This document shows positions 24,473-36,776 of a stretch of DNA of 64,000 bases, piece after piece. This DNA comes from Mobula hypostoma. Lineage: Eukaryota. The stretch spans positions 233,990,001-234,054,000 of the forward strand of contig NC_086097.1 of NCBI RefSeq assembly GCF_963921235.1. The letters run 5' to 3'. A program made the translations under genes and the position numbers. The notes below the pieces were generated by a model. That model saw nothing but the letters and a program-made list of their open reading frames with translations, had not been told where the DNA came from and searched no databases. The first letter of the stretch is position 1; each line of letters opens with the position of its first letter.

Positions 24473-26922
24473 TAGAAACATAGAAACATAGAAAATAGGT
24501 GCAGGAGTAGGCCATTCGGCCCTTCGAGCCTGCACCGCCATTTATTATGATCATGGCTGATCATCCAACTCAGAACCCCGCCCCAGCCTTCCCTCCATAC
24601 CCCCTGACCCCCGTAGCCACAAGGGCCATATCTAACTCCCTCTTAAATATAGCCAATGAACTGGCCTCAACTGTTTCCTGTGGCAGAGAATTCCACAGAT
24701 TCACCACTCTCTGTGTAAAGAAGTTTTTCCTAATCTCGGTCCTAAAAGGCTTCCCCTCTATCCTCAAACTGTGACCCCTCGTTCTGGACTTCCCCAACAT
24801 CGGGAACAATCTTCCTGCATCTAGCCTATCCAATCCCTTTAGGATCTTATACGTTTCAATCAGATCCCCCCTCAATCTTCTAAATTCCAACGAGTACAAG
24901 CCCAATTCATCCAGTCTTTCTTCATATGAAAGTCATGCCATCCCAGGAATCAATCTGGTGAACCTTCTTTGTACTCCCTCTATGGCAAAGATGTCTTTCC
25001 TCAGATTAGGGGACCAAAACTGCACACAATACTCCAGGTGTGGTCTCACCGAGGCCTTGTACAACTGCAGTAGTACGTCCCTGTTCCTGTACTCGAATCC
25101 TCTCGCTATAAATGCCAGCATACCATTCGCCTTTTTCACCGCTTGCTGTACCTGCATGACCACTTTCAATGACTGGTGTATAATGACACCCAGGTCTCGT
25201 TGCACCTCCCCTTTTCCGAATGGGCCACCATTCAGATAATAATCTGTTTTCCTATTTTTGCCACCAAAGTGGATAACTTCACATTTATCCACATTAAATT
25301 GCATCTGCCATGAATTTGCCCACTCACCCAACCTATCCAAGTCACCCTGCATCCTCTTAGCATCCTCCTCACTGCTAACACTGCCACCCAGCTTTGTGTC
25401 ATCCACAAACTTGGAGATGCTGCATTTAATTCCCTCATCCAAGTCATTAATATATATTGTAAACAACTGGGGTCCCAGCACTGAGCCTTGCGGTACCCCA
25501 CTAGTCACCGCCTGCCATTCTGAAAAGTTCCCGTTTATTCCCACTCTTTGCTTCCTGTCTGCTAACCAATTCTCCACCCACACCAATACTTTACCCCCAA
25601 TACCGTGTGCTTTAAGTTTGCACACTAATCTCCTGTGTGGGACCTTGTCAAAAGCCTTTTGAAAATCCAAATATACCACATCCACTGGTTCTCCCCTATC
25701 CACTCTACTAGTTACATCCTCAAAAAATTCTATGAGATTCGTCAGACATGATTTTCCTTTCACAAATCCATGCTGACTTTCTCCGATCATTTCATCGCTT
25801 TCCAAATGTGCTGTTATCACATCCTTGATAACTGACTCCAGCAGTTTCCCCACCACCGACGTTAGGCTAACCAGTCTATAATTCCCCGGTTTCTCTCTCC
25901 CTCCTTTTTTAAAAAGTGGGGTTACATTAGCCACCCTCCAATCCTCAGGAACTAGTCCAGAATCTAACGAGTTTTGAAAAATTATCACTAATGCATCCAC
26001 TATTTCTTGGGCTACTTCTTTAAGCACTCTAGGATGCAGACCATCTGGCCCTGGGGATTTATCTGCCTTCAATCCCTTCAATTTACCTAACACCACTTCC
26101 CTACTAACATGTATTTCGCTCAGTTCCTCCATCCCACTGGACCCTCTGTCCCTTACTATTTCTGGAAGATTATTTATGTCTTCCTTAGTGAAGACAGAAC
26201 CAAAGTAACTATTCAATTGGTCTGCCATGTCCTTGCTCCCCATAATCAATTCACCTGTTTCTGTCTGCAGGGGACCTACATTTGTCTTTACCAGTCTTTT
26301 CCTTTTCACATATCTATAAAAGCTTTTACAGTCCGTTTTTATGTTCCCTGCCAGTTTTCTCTCATAATCTTTTTTCCCCTTCCTAATTAAGCCCTTTGTC
26401 CTCCTCTGCTGAACTCTGAATTTCTCCCAGTCCTCAGGTGAGCCACTTTCTCTGGCTAATTTGTATGCTTCTTCTTTGGAATTGATACTATCCCTAATTT
26501 CTCTTGTCAGCCACGGGTGCACTACCTTCCTTGATTTATTCTTTTGCCAAACTGGGATGAACAATTGTTGTAGTTCATCCATGCAACCTTTAAATGCTTG
26601 CCATTGCATATCCACCATCAATCCTTTAAGTGTCATTTGCCAGTCTATCTTAGCTAATTCACGTCTCATACCTTCAAAGTTACCCCTCTTTAAGTTCAGA
26701 ACCTTTGTTTCTGAATTAACTATGTCACTCTCCATCTTAATGAAGAATTCCACCATATTATGGTCACTCTTACCCAAGGGGCCTCTCACGACAAGATCGC
26801 TAATTAACCCTTCCTCATTGCTCAAAACCCAGTCCAGAATAGCCTGCTCTCCAGTTGGTTCCTCGACATGTTGGTTCAAAAAACCATCCCACATACATTC
26901 CAAGAAATCCTCTTCCTCAGCA
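24473..26922 (-). mobile_element. Young CR1 LINE, 5'-truncated within the APE domain; ORF2 open apart from one in-frame TGA
   Basis: ORF contains GKSDHN, YLDFQKAFDK, GVPQGSVLGP and FVDDTK. ORFs 24933-27197 and 24570-24905 are in the same frame. Tail (tagaaaca)n. Confidence 0.96.
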
Positions 26923-26939
26923 CCTCTAGGAAGAGGTGC

Positions 26940-26975
26940 AGTCGACATTTCAGGCCAAGACCCTTCGTCAGGACT
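26940..26975 (-). ncRNA. Minimal hammerhead ribozyme motif, one substitution (GAAAUGUC)
   Basis: Reverse complement: agtc-CTGACGA-agggtcttggcct-GAAATGTC-gact. Confidence 0.6.
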
Positions 26976-27185
26976 AACTGAAAGAAGAGCTGGTAAGAGA
27001 TTTGAAAGTGGGAGGGGGAGGGGGAGATCCAAAATGATAGGAGAAGACAGGAGGGGGAGGGATGGAGCCAAGAACTGGACAGTTGATTGGCAAAAGGGAT
27101 ATGAGAGGATCATGGAACGTGAGGCCCAGGGAGAAAGACAAAGGGAGACCGCTTTGCTGAACAGGGCCCCAGACAGTCCTTCCAG

Positions 27186-27512
27186 GTGAGGCGACATTTC
27201 ACCTGTGAGTCTGCTGGGGTGATATACTGCGTCCGGTGCTCCCGATGTGGCCTTTTATATATTGGCGAGACCCGACGCAGATTGGGAGACCACTTTGCTG
27301 AACACCTACGCTCTGTCCGCCAGAGAAAGCAGGATCTCCCAGTGGCCACACATTTTAATTCCACATCCCATTCCCATTCTGACATGTCTATCCACGGTCT
27401 CCTCTACTGTAAAGATGAAGCCACACTCAGGTTGGAGGAACAACACCTTATATTCCGCCTGGGTAGCCTCCAACCTGATGGCATGAACATTGACTTCTCA
27501 AACTTCCGCTAA
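27186..27512 (+). pseudogene. PLE GIY-YIG endonuclease domain (5'-truncated ORF end)
   Basis: VIYCVRCSRCGLLYIGET...EH...HFN...LEEQHLI...GMN: GIY/YIG motifs with the intervening CxxC typical of Penelope-like elements. Confidence 0.92.
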
Positions 27513-27805
27513 TGCCCCACCTCCCCCTTGTACCCCATCTGTTATTTATTTTTATACACACATTCTTTCTCTCACTCTCCTTTTTCTCCCTCTGTCCTTC
27601 TCACTATACCCCTTGTCCATCCTCTGGGTTCCCCCCCACTTTTCTTTCTCCCTGGACCTCCTGTCCCATGATCCTCTCGTATCCCTTTTGCCTATCACCT
27701 GTCCAGCTCTTGGCTCCATCCCTCCCCCTCCTGTCTTCTCCTATCATTTCGTATCTCCCCCTCCCCCTCCCACTTTCAAATCTCTTACTAGCTCTTCCTT
27801 CAGTT

Positions 27806-27841
27806 AGTCCTGACGAAGGGTCTCGGCCTGAAACGTCGACT
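27806..27841 (+). ncRNA. Minimal type-I hammerhead ribozyme of the PLE pLTR
   Basis: Stem I agtc/gact; core CUGACGA; stem II agg/cct; GAAAC; GUC cleavage triplet at 27835-27837. Confidence 0.8.
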
Positions 27842-28194
27842 GTACCTCTTCCTAGAGATGCTGCCTGGCCTGCTGCGTTCACCAGCAACTTTGATGTGTG
27901 TTGCTTGAATTTCCAGCATCTGCAGAATTCCTGTTGTTCAGGCAAGTTTAGACTGTACATAGCACACGGGACAGGAGTTATAAGTTATTCCATGCAATAG
28001 AAGGGAGAGAAAACCCCAGGCTCATGGAGGAGTGGTGCAACTTATATAGCAAATTCTGCTATTTATTTATCTATAGCAGCTGTAAAAAAGTTTAATTTCT
28101 GCACTGTACTGTTGCCAGGAAACAAGTTTCACGGAATATGTCAGTGATTCTAAGTTTTTACATGTAACCTGGAGCTGATGTTTACCTGGAGTGA

Positions 28195-28488
28195 CATGCA
28201 CAACATACTGGAGGAATTCCGCAGGTCAAGCAACATCTACAGAGGCGAATAAACAAGCAATGTTTTGGGTTAGACCCTTCATGAAGATTGGAAAGGAATG
28301 GGGTAAGAAGCCAGAATAAGAAGGTGGGGAAGGGGAGGGAGTACAAGCTGGCAGGTGAAAGGTAACACGAGGTGAGAGGGAAGGTGGGTGACTGGGGGAA
28401 AGGGATGATGAAGTTAGAAGCTGGGAGGTGATTGGTGGAAAAGGTAAAGGGCAGAAAAAGAAGGAATCTGATAGGAGAGGAGAGTGGA
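28195..28488 (-). mobile_element. Old Penelope-like pLTR fragment
   Basis: Reverse-strand match to 19310-19330 and 21660-21840, including a degenerate hammerhead at ~28255-28290. Confidence 0.7.
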
Positions 28489-29362
28489 ATTCTATTTCAA
28501 TTTGTCCATAAACAGTGGAAAGAACCATTAGCTTTGACTTAGCTGTAAATTCAAGTCATGACTGCTGAAATTAGTCTAATTTTAGCAACTTCATTATATC
28601 TACATTGCAATGTACCATAATAGAAATTATTAGGATCAGCCTTGAATTGGAATAACATTTGTATTAAGCAATACCATTGTTTTCTTTGGATTAGCAATAA
28701 GGTGATTTTGTTTTCCCTTTTCAAAGGTGACATCAAATCAAATTTTCCTGATTTCTGGGCATAATCTATATTTTCTTACAACAGTGCAGGAATGATATGG
28801 TCCTGCCCGGATGCAAAATTACAATAGTTTTTGTTGGGAGGTGTGGGACTTGCTCATGAATACTAATGTCCTGAAGTTACAGGGTACCTGGCACTAAGGT
28901 TGCTCCAACTTCTCAAACGACTGATGCAAAATATTGCTCTAATTTTGTAAACTATCCTTCCCTGTTCAGTGCTGCTTGTTCTGACGTGGTCTGCAGCATA
29001 GCGTTCCCCAGGAGGCTGGCTGGCAGAGTGAAGCTTAGGTTTATCTCTGTATAGGGTAAGTGGCTGCACCTCGGGAGAAATTTTAACCACTAGTGAAACC
29101 CTGCCCCCCTGTCCTTCCAGACAGCACAGGCATTGCTGGAACTGGTCAGGGCAAAGCACAAGTTATTTCCACTCGCTTTAGTCATTACTAACTCCAGAAC
29201 ATGGGATTTCACAGGAGATATTCGGATACTGAGATATAGAGAAGGAGGAGAGTTGGGAGTGGTCTGTCCCCATATCTCAGCTTCCCCATTGTGATCTCTC
29301 CTTCTGTTTTACCTCCAAAGTATCAATACTTATATTTACTAATAATTTCCCTTCAACATAAA

Positions 29363-29545
29363 GGGCAGTGTGGTGGCGGTTAGATTAATGCCATTACAAC
29401 ACCAGCAACATGGGTTCAAATCCACTGCTGTCTGTGAGGAGTTTGTACATCGTCCATGTGATGGAGGGGGTTTCCTTGTTGAGCTGGAATGGCCTGTTAG
29501 CATGCTTTATTTCTAATCAAACAAACAAATCTAAGTAAATAAATA
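29363..29545 (+). mobile_element. Internally deleted tRNA-derived (V-type) SINE
   Basis: B-box-like gggttcaaatcc, ctgtgaggagtttgtac, tail ctaatcaaacaaac. Confidence 0.55.
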
Positions 29546-29564
29546 CATGCAAAAGTTCTTATAT

Positions 29565-30803
29565 TGGCTGCTGAGCACACACCCCTCAGCATCAGCGGCT
29601 CCACAGTGGAGAGATTGGAAAACATCAAGTTCCTTGGGGTGCAGATCTCGGACAATCTCACCTGGTCCAGGAACACCACTGGGATTGTGGAACAGGCCCA
29701 GCAGAGATTGCACTTTCTGAGGAAGCTTAAACATAGAACATAGAATAGTACAGCACAGTACAGGCCCTTCGGCCCACAATGTTGTGCCGACCCTCAAACC
29801 CTGCCTCCCATATAAGCCCCCACCTTAGATTCCTCTATATACCTGTCTAGTAGTCTCTTAAACTTCACTAGTGTATCTGCCTCCACCACTGACTCAGGCA
29901 GTGCATTCCACGCACCAACCACTCTCTGAATAATAAAACTTCCTCTAATATCCCCCTTTAACTTCCCACCCCTTATCTTAAAGCCATGTCCTCTTGTATT
30001 GAGCAGTGGTGCCCTGGGGAAGAGGCGCTGGCTATCCGCTCTATCCGTTCCTCTTATTATCTTGTACACCTCTATCATGTCTCCTCTCATCCTCCTTCTC
30101 TCCAAAGAGTAAAGCCCGAGCTCCCTTAATCTCTGATCATAATGCATACTTTCTAAACCAGGCAGCATCCTGGTAAATCTCCTCTGTACCCTTTCCAATG
30201 CTTCCATCTCCTTCCTATAGTGAGGTGACCAGAACAAGCATCACTCCCCACTAACATTTAACTACATTCTACAGAGGCGTGGTTGAGAGTGTGCTGACCT
30301 TTTGCATCACAACCTGGTACTCCAGCTGCAGTGCTGTCAACAAAAAAGCCTTGCAGAGGGTGGTTAGGGGAGCAGAGAAGGTTATTGGGGTCTCCCTACC
30401 TTCTGTCCAAGACTTCTTTCAGAGTCGATGCCTCCAGAAGACACGGTACCTCATTAAAGACCCCTCACACCCTCTCCATGAACTGTTTGTTCTTCTGCCA
30501 TCAGGCAAACGTTACAGGAGCATCACAAGGCTACTAAACAGCTTCCTCCCACAGGCAGTCAGACTGCTAAATAGCTGCTCTACCTGACTCTGCTTTGGAC
30601 ACTTTTAACTTGCACTGGACAATTATAACTTGTTTTTAACTGACACGTGGCTGTTGTGTTTTACTATTTATTGTTATGTTTACTACGTAGTGTTGCGTTT
30701 GTTATGTTATGATTGCACTGCCCCTGAGAAACGCTGTCTCATTCTGCCCTGCAGAGCTGATGTACGGTTAGAATGACAGTAAAGTTTTTTGAATCTTGAA
30801 TCC
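29565..30803 (+). mobile_element. Rex1/Babar 3' portion, split by a CR1
   Basis: VESVLTFCITTWYSSC...IKDPSHPLHELFVLLPSGKRYRSI; tail (tgaatct)n. Confidence 0.88.
29734..30232 (-). mobile_element. Young CR1 3' end (same family as 38722-39533)
   Basis: Open 147-aa frame ending GAYMGGRV; aaca duplicated at 29730-29733 and 30233-30236. Confidence 0.93.
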
Positions 30804-31478
30804 TTATGAATATATTCCTTGCTAATTTACCCCATATCTTATATTTATTAATCAATTTTTTGGTCATCTTTTGCTGGCACTTATGCCCCTATCACTCAAG
30901 CTTTGCTCCTCTTTGCAATGTGAAAAGGTTGTTTTAATATTTTATCATCCTCGGTCTCTTTTTCAGTCACAAGCAGATTATTATCTTTGTGGTTTTTTTT
31001 TGTTTTTCAGTGTAGTGTTTATTCATTAAGAATTATGACATTTCTCGCGAATGCTAATCCAGAGGTTAAACTTCCAATTTAATTTTGTGATCTATCTTTC
31101 AGTGTCCCAAACACCAGTTTAATTGCATTTATGTGGAATTTTAAGACCTGAGTGAGTCATGTACACATTCAGTGCAGAGATCTAAAATATCTAAAGTCTA
31201 AAATCTGAAGTAACCCATTCCCTTGATGGTTCTTTGACATATTTTTCGAGGAGGCTGCTCATGATCCTAATGAATGATAAAATATCCTCAAAGGCCTTAA
31301 AAGTTCTTGAAAGAAATGCCACTCCTACTGCGTGTTAGTTTAGTCCCATGGAATTGCAATTTATTATTAGAAAGACTGGCAGCCAACTTTTAGCTTGAGA
31401 TCAACTTTATCATATAAATCATATTGAAGGAGTGGTGCAAAGCTAATGTTGTTCCATTATTCACGAAGAGAACTAAGG

Positions 31479-32237
31479 TAGGTCAAATATGTTGATAGAA
31501 TATAGTACTAATGGTAAGACTCTTGGTAGTGTGGAGGATCAGAGGGATCTTGGGGTCTTAGTCCATAGGGTATTCAAAGCTGCTGCGCAGGTCAACTCTG
31601 TGGTTAAGAAAGCAGACGGTGCATTGGTCTTCATCAAACGTGGGATTGAGCTTAGGAGCCAAGAGGTAATATTGCAGCTATAAAGGACCCTGGTCACACC
31701 CCACTTGGAGTACTGTGCTCATTTCTGGTCAGCACACTACAGGAAGGATGTGGAAACCATAGAAAGGGTGCAGAGGAGATTTACAAGGATGTTACCTGGA
31801 TTGGGGAGTATGCCTTAAAAGAATAGGTTGAGTGAACTCAACCCTTTTCTCTTGGAGTGACGGAGGATGAGAGGTGACCTGATGGAGGTGTATAAGATGA
31901 TGAGAGGCATTGATCGTGTGGATAGTCAGAGGCTTTTTCCCAGGGCTGAAATGGCTAGCACGAGCGGGCACAGTTTTAAAGTGCTTGGAAGTAGGTACAG
32001 AGGAGATATCAGGGGTATGTTTTTTACACAGAGAGTGGTGAGTGCGTGGAATGGGCTGCCAACGACAGTGGTGGAGGCAGATACGATAGGGTCTTTTAAG
32101 AGACTCCTGGACAGGTACATGGAGCTTAGAAAAATAGAGGGCTATGGGTAACCCTAGGTAATTTCTAAGGTAATAACATGTTCGGTACAGCTTTGTGGGC
32201 CGAAGGGCATGTGTTGTGATATAGATTTTCTATGTTT
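31479..32237 (+). mobile_element. CR1 3' end nested in an older CR1 remnant (~31425-32575)
   Basis: ORFs 31489 and 31867; ctaagg duplicated at 31473-31478 and 32238-32243. Confidence 0.9.
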
Positions 32238-32577
32238 CTAAGGATAATTCTGGAATCTATAGACGAGTGAGTCTCATCCATTGGAGACAAGTTACTAGAG
32301 AAAGTTCTTTGGGATAGGATTTACGAGCATTTTAGAAAACCAAGGCCTAATTAGGAAGAGTCCACATGGTTTTGTTGGAGGAAAGTCGCTGAAGTTTGGA
32401 GAAGGTGCCGAAGAGTTTTAGCAGGATGCTGCCTGGATTAGAGGGCATGTGCTATAACGAGAGGTTAGACAAACTCGGCTTGTTTTCACCGGAGCAGTGG
32501 AGGCTGAGGGGACAGCTAATAGAGATTTATGAAATTATGAAAAGCATAGACAAGCAGTATCTTTTCCCCAGGGTTCA

Positions 32578-34115
32578 CCTCAAAACTAATCAATTAGCTT
32601 CAAGACCTTAGCCTCAATACTTCCTTGTTTAATTGGATCCTAGATTTCTTTACTTGCAGACTTCAGTCAGTTCAGATTAGCAACAGCTCCTCCACATTCT
32701 CCATCGGCACAGGTGCACCTCCAGGCTGTGTGCCTAGCCCCTTATTCTTCTCACCTTACGCTTATAACCGTGTGGTTAAGCACAGCTCCAATGTCATATG
32801 TCATGGGCACGTGGCCAAGTGGTCAAGGCATTCGACTAGCGACCTGAAGGTTGTGAGTTCGAGCCCCAGCCGAGGCAACATGTTGTATCCTTGAGCAAAG
32901 CACTTAACCACACAGTGCTCTGCGACGACACTGGTGCCAAGCTGTATCGGCCCTTGCCCTTCCCTTGGACAACATCGGTGTCGTGGAGAGGAGAGACTTG
33001 TCAACATGGGCAAATGCTGGTCTTCCATACAACCTTGCCCAGGCCTGCGCCCTGGAGAGTGAAGACTTTCCAGGTGCAGATCTATGATCTCGCAAGACTA
33101 ATGGATGCCTTAAATGCCATATGTCATAGGCTGAACCAAAGGTGCTGCTGAATGAGCATTAGAGGAGGGAGATTGAAAGTCTGGCTGAATGGTGCCACAA
33201 CAACAATTTCTTACTCAACGTCAGCAAGAACAAGGAGATGATTATTGACTACAGGAGGAGGAAACCAGAGGTCCATGAGCCAGTCCTCAGCAGAGAATCA
33301 GAGGTGGATATAAGGGTCAGCAACTTTAAATTCCTTGGTGTTATCATTTCAGAAGCCTACTCCTGGGTCAGTCAAGTACGTAAGCGCAATTACAAAGAAA
33401 GCACGGCAGCTTCTCTACTTCTTTAGGGGTTTGTGAACACTCGGCACGGCAAAACTTTGACAAACTTCCATAGATGTGAGGTAGAGAATATATTGACCTG
33501 CTGCATCACAGCTTGGTATGAAAACACCAATGGAAAATCTGACAGAAAGTAGTGGATAAGGCCCAGTCCATCAGAGGTAAAGCACTCTCCAACATCGAGC
33601 ACACCTACACGGAATGCTGTCATGGAAAATCAGCATCCATCATCAGGGACCCTCAGCACCCAAGTCATGGTCTCTTCTCACTGCTGACATCAAGGAGAGG
33701 ACACGGGTGCTTCAGGACTCACACCACCAGGAACAGTTACTACCCCTCAACCATCAGAAAACTAAACTAAAGTAGATAACTTTACTCAACTTTATTTGCC
33801 CCATCACTATGGATGTATGAACCCATGGACTCAAGGAGTCTTCATCACATGTTTTTGATAGCTACTTCTTATTTATTTATTATTATTATTATTTCTTCAT
33901 TTTTGTACTTGCACAGGTTGTTGACTTTGGACCGCTGATTGAACACTCAGTTGATGCAGTCTTTTGTTGAATTGATTACGGTTATTTTTCGATTATGTAT
34001 TTACTGAGTATGCCCGCAAGAAAATGGATCTCAGGGTTGTATATGGTGACATACTGTATTTGTACTTTGATAATAAATTTACTTTAAAATTTGACGTTTG
34101 AACTTCTGAACTTTG
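32578..34115 (+). mobile_element. Rex1/Babar LINE remnant
   Basis: [14 protein letters not shown]...[28 protein letters not shown]; matching 3' UTR. Confidence 0.85.
32805..33112 (+). mobile_element. tRNA-derived SINE with a CORE-like segment
   Basis: A box tggccaagtgg, B box gttcgagcc, CORE-like ccttgagcaaagcacttaacc. 15-bp TSD aatg(t/c)catatgtcat at 32790-32804 and 33113-33127. Confidence 0.9.
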
Positions 34116-34484
34116 AAGTGTCTAATACCAGGGGGCATGCATTTAAGGTGAGAAGGAGTAAGTTCAAAGGAGATGTGAGGAGCAAGTTTTTTTTTAACCA
34201 AGAGTGATGGACGCCTGAAATGGTTGCCCGGGGTGGTGGTAGAGGCAGAAATAAGGGAATTTAAAAGACATTTAGATAGGCATATAAATTTGATGAAAAT
34301 GGAAGGATATGTTGGCCATTTGATAGGAAATTTAATTGGTTTGGTACATCATTGTGGGCCAAAAAGCCTGTGCTGTACTGTTCTATGTTCTACTTACATA
34401 AACTAAAATGGTAAATCAAGCACTAATTCTTTCATGGAGGTGTTAATGTCAACTCATGTTTAGCATGTTTTTCTGTTTGTTGGT

Positions 34485-35092
34485 TTATTGATTGATTAAG
34501 ATACAGCGTGGAATAGGCCATTCTGGCCCCTTGAACTGCACAAGTTTGCAGAAATGCCCAATTTAATTCTATGCTAATCACGGGACAATTCACAATGACC
34601 AATTAACTTACCACAATATTTCTTTGAACTGTGAGGAGAACCCAGATCACCTGGAAGAAACCCATATGGCCACAGGGAGAATGAATAGTCTCCTCACAGG
34701 CAGTGATGGGAATTGAACCTGGGTCGCTAGGACTGTAAAGCATCGTGCTAACCACTTCTCTACCATGCCATCCGTTTTACACGTGACAGATGAAAGTAAG
34801 TAAAAGTCAAACATTGCAAGGATCTGGTCATGGATGTTTTTATTTTATGTGGAGACGCAGCAGGGTAACAGGCCTTCTAGCCCAAGGAGCACACACCACA
34901 CAATTCCACCCTTGTGACCTATTAACCTCCTGACCCATACGTCTTTGGAACGTGAAAATAAACTGGAGCACCTGAAGGAAACCCACCTGGCCGTGGGGAG
35001 AATTTGCAAACTCCTCACAAACAGCAGCGGAATTGAAGCTGGTTCACCAGCACTGTGATAGCATTACTCTGACTACTATGCTACTGTCCCAC
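34485..35092 (-). mobile_element. Two decayed V-SINE/HE1-like copies
   Basis: Reverse V-domain (tctttggaacgtg...ggagcacctgaaggaaacccac) occurs twice. Confidence 0.65.
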
Positions 35093-36776
35093 CTAGCCAA
35101 TTATAGATTCAGTTACTGGAAAAATTTGCTATATCTATTTTTAATAAACTCTACCTTACCTTTGACACTTTACTAATCAAGAATCTATCAACTTCCACTT
35201 TAAATATACCCAGTGACTTGGTCTCCACAGCCATTTGTGGCAATCAACTCCAGAGATTCATCATAGTCAGGCTAAAGAAATTACTCCTCATCTCTGTTCT
35301 AAAGGGTCATCCTTCTATCCTGAAGCTGTTCGCTCTGGTTTTAGACTCTCCCACTATTGGAAACATCCTCTCCATGTCCACTCTATCTAAGTCTTTCAAT
35401 ATTTCATAAGTGTCAATGTGATGTCCCCCTTATTCTTCTAAATTCAAAAGAATACAGGCCCAGAGCTGTCAATCACTTCTCATACGTTAACCCTTTCACT
35501 CTCAGGATCATCCTTGTAAACCTCCTCTGGACATGATGGGCCAAACAGCTCAATTGCATGCCGTATAATTCTATAACATGACTTCCCTTAATGTCCCTAA
35601 CAATTATAATACACTACAGTATATGCCGTCTCTTTCCCCAAGTCAGTCATGGTTGTGTCATCCTCTCTTTAGAATACTTCTGTTTCTTTGTTATCTAAAA
35701 CTTTGGCAAACTTCTATAGATATACATTGAAGAGTATGCTCAATGGTTGCACCATGGCCTGGTGTGGAAACACTAATGCCCAATCACAGAGACACCTGCA
35801 AAAGGTAGTGGATATGGCCAGTCCATCATAGGCAGATCCCTCACCACCACTGAGCACATCTGCAGGGATGGACTCACTTCCAAGTACGACTCTACAACTC
35901 ATATTCTCAGTATTTATTAGTTTATTTTGTGTGTGTGTGTCTATTAATATATTTGCACAGTTTACCTTTTTTGCACATTGATTGCTTTGTCATTTGATCC
36001 TCAATCCGGAGGCCTATAATATAGCAGCATTTCCTTCACCTTCTTGATTCCAAGTTCTACCCATATGATGTTACGAGGTGAACCCTGAAGGTTGTCATCT
36101 TCAGCCAACATAATTTAACGTTTGAAAATATGTTAAGATGTTGCACATGTCCTCCTTCCCAGCTTTTAAAGGCAGTTTTTATGAGATATTTTATCAATCC
36201 ATAACATGGTATTTTATTTTCAAAAGGAATGGTCCTTCTGATACAGTTTATTGCCTCAAGGAAAATTTTAAAACATTTTTATTCAGCTACTTTCATAAAA
36301 TAAAACATTATTCCAAGAGGTGTAATTTGCATGCAAGTCATTTGGACAATTGATTGACATTGATCTTAGAAACAATTGCAAGGAAGGGACTTACAATTGA
36401 CAATGTAATACTCCATTTATCTTGCAGAAAACTATTTAACTGATATGAAATATAGTTTATGTTAAGTCCTGAGTTTTATTATATTTATTGTCAATAAAAT
36501 AGGTTTTTATTTTCTCTACAAGTGTTCAGTGTTTTTGTTGAAAGCCACTTCTCTGTCAATCTTAGGTTCAAGACAATTCTCTTCGTAGAAAAATGGAAGG
36601 CTTTGTAGGAGGACAGGGTTGGATTGATCTTAGAGTAGGTTAAAAGATCTTCAATATTATCATTAAAAGCAATATTTACATTAAAAATAAAATTTAGTTT
36701 TTCTGAAAAGGCCACCTGAGGCTGGTTCATTTAGTTTTCTGCACTCATGGTCTAAAAAACCCTTGGACAAAAAAAT

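Larger units (their letters stand above)
24427..27936 (+). mobile_element. Penelope-like insertion: inverted partial pLTR, GIY-YIG end, pLTR and tail (hosts a CR1)
   Basis: 15-bp TSD ttcaggcaag(a/t)ttag at 24412-24426 and 27937-27951. Inverted copy at 24427-24472 plus 26923-27142; direct copy at 27164-27936. Confidence 0.88.

Noticed and set aside
24933..27197. A 754-aa host gene or domesticated RT
   Set aside because: Fully explained by a CR1 nested in a PLE, with no genuine start and a premature stop.
32805..32875. tRNA gene (also 53010-53082)
   Set aside because: These are the heads of TSD-flanked SINEs, not standalone tRNAs.
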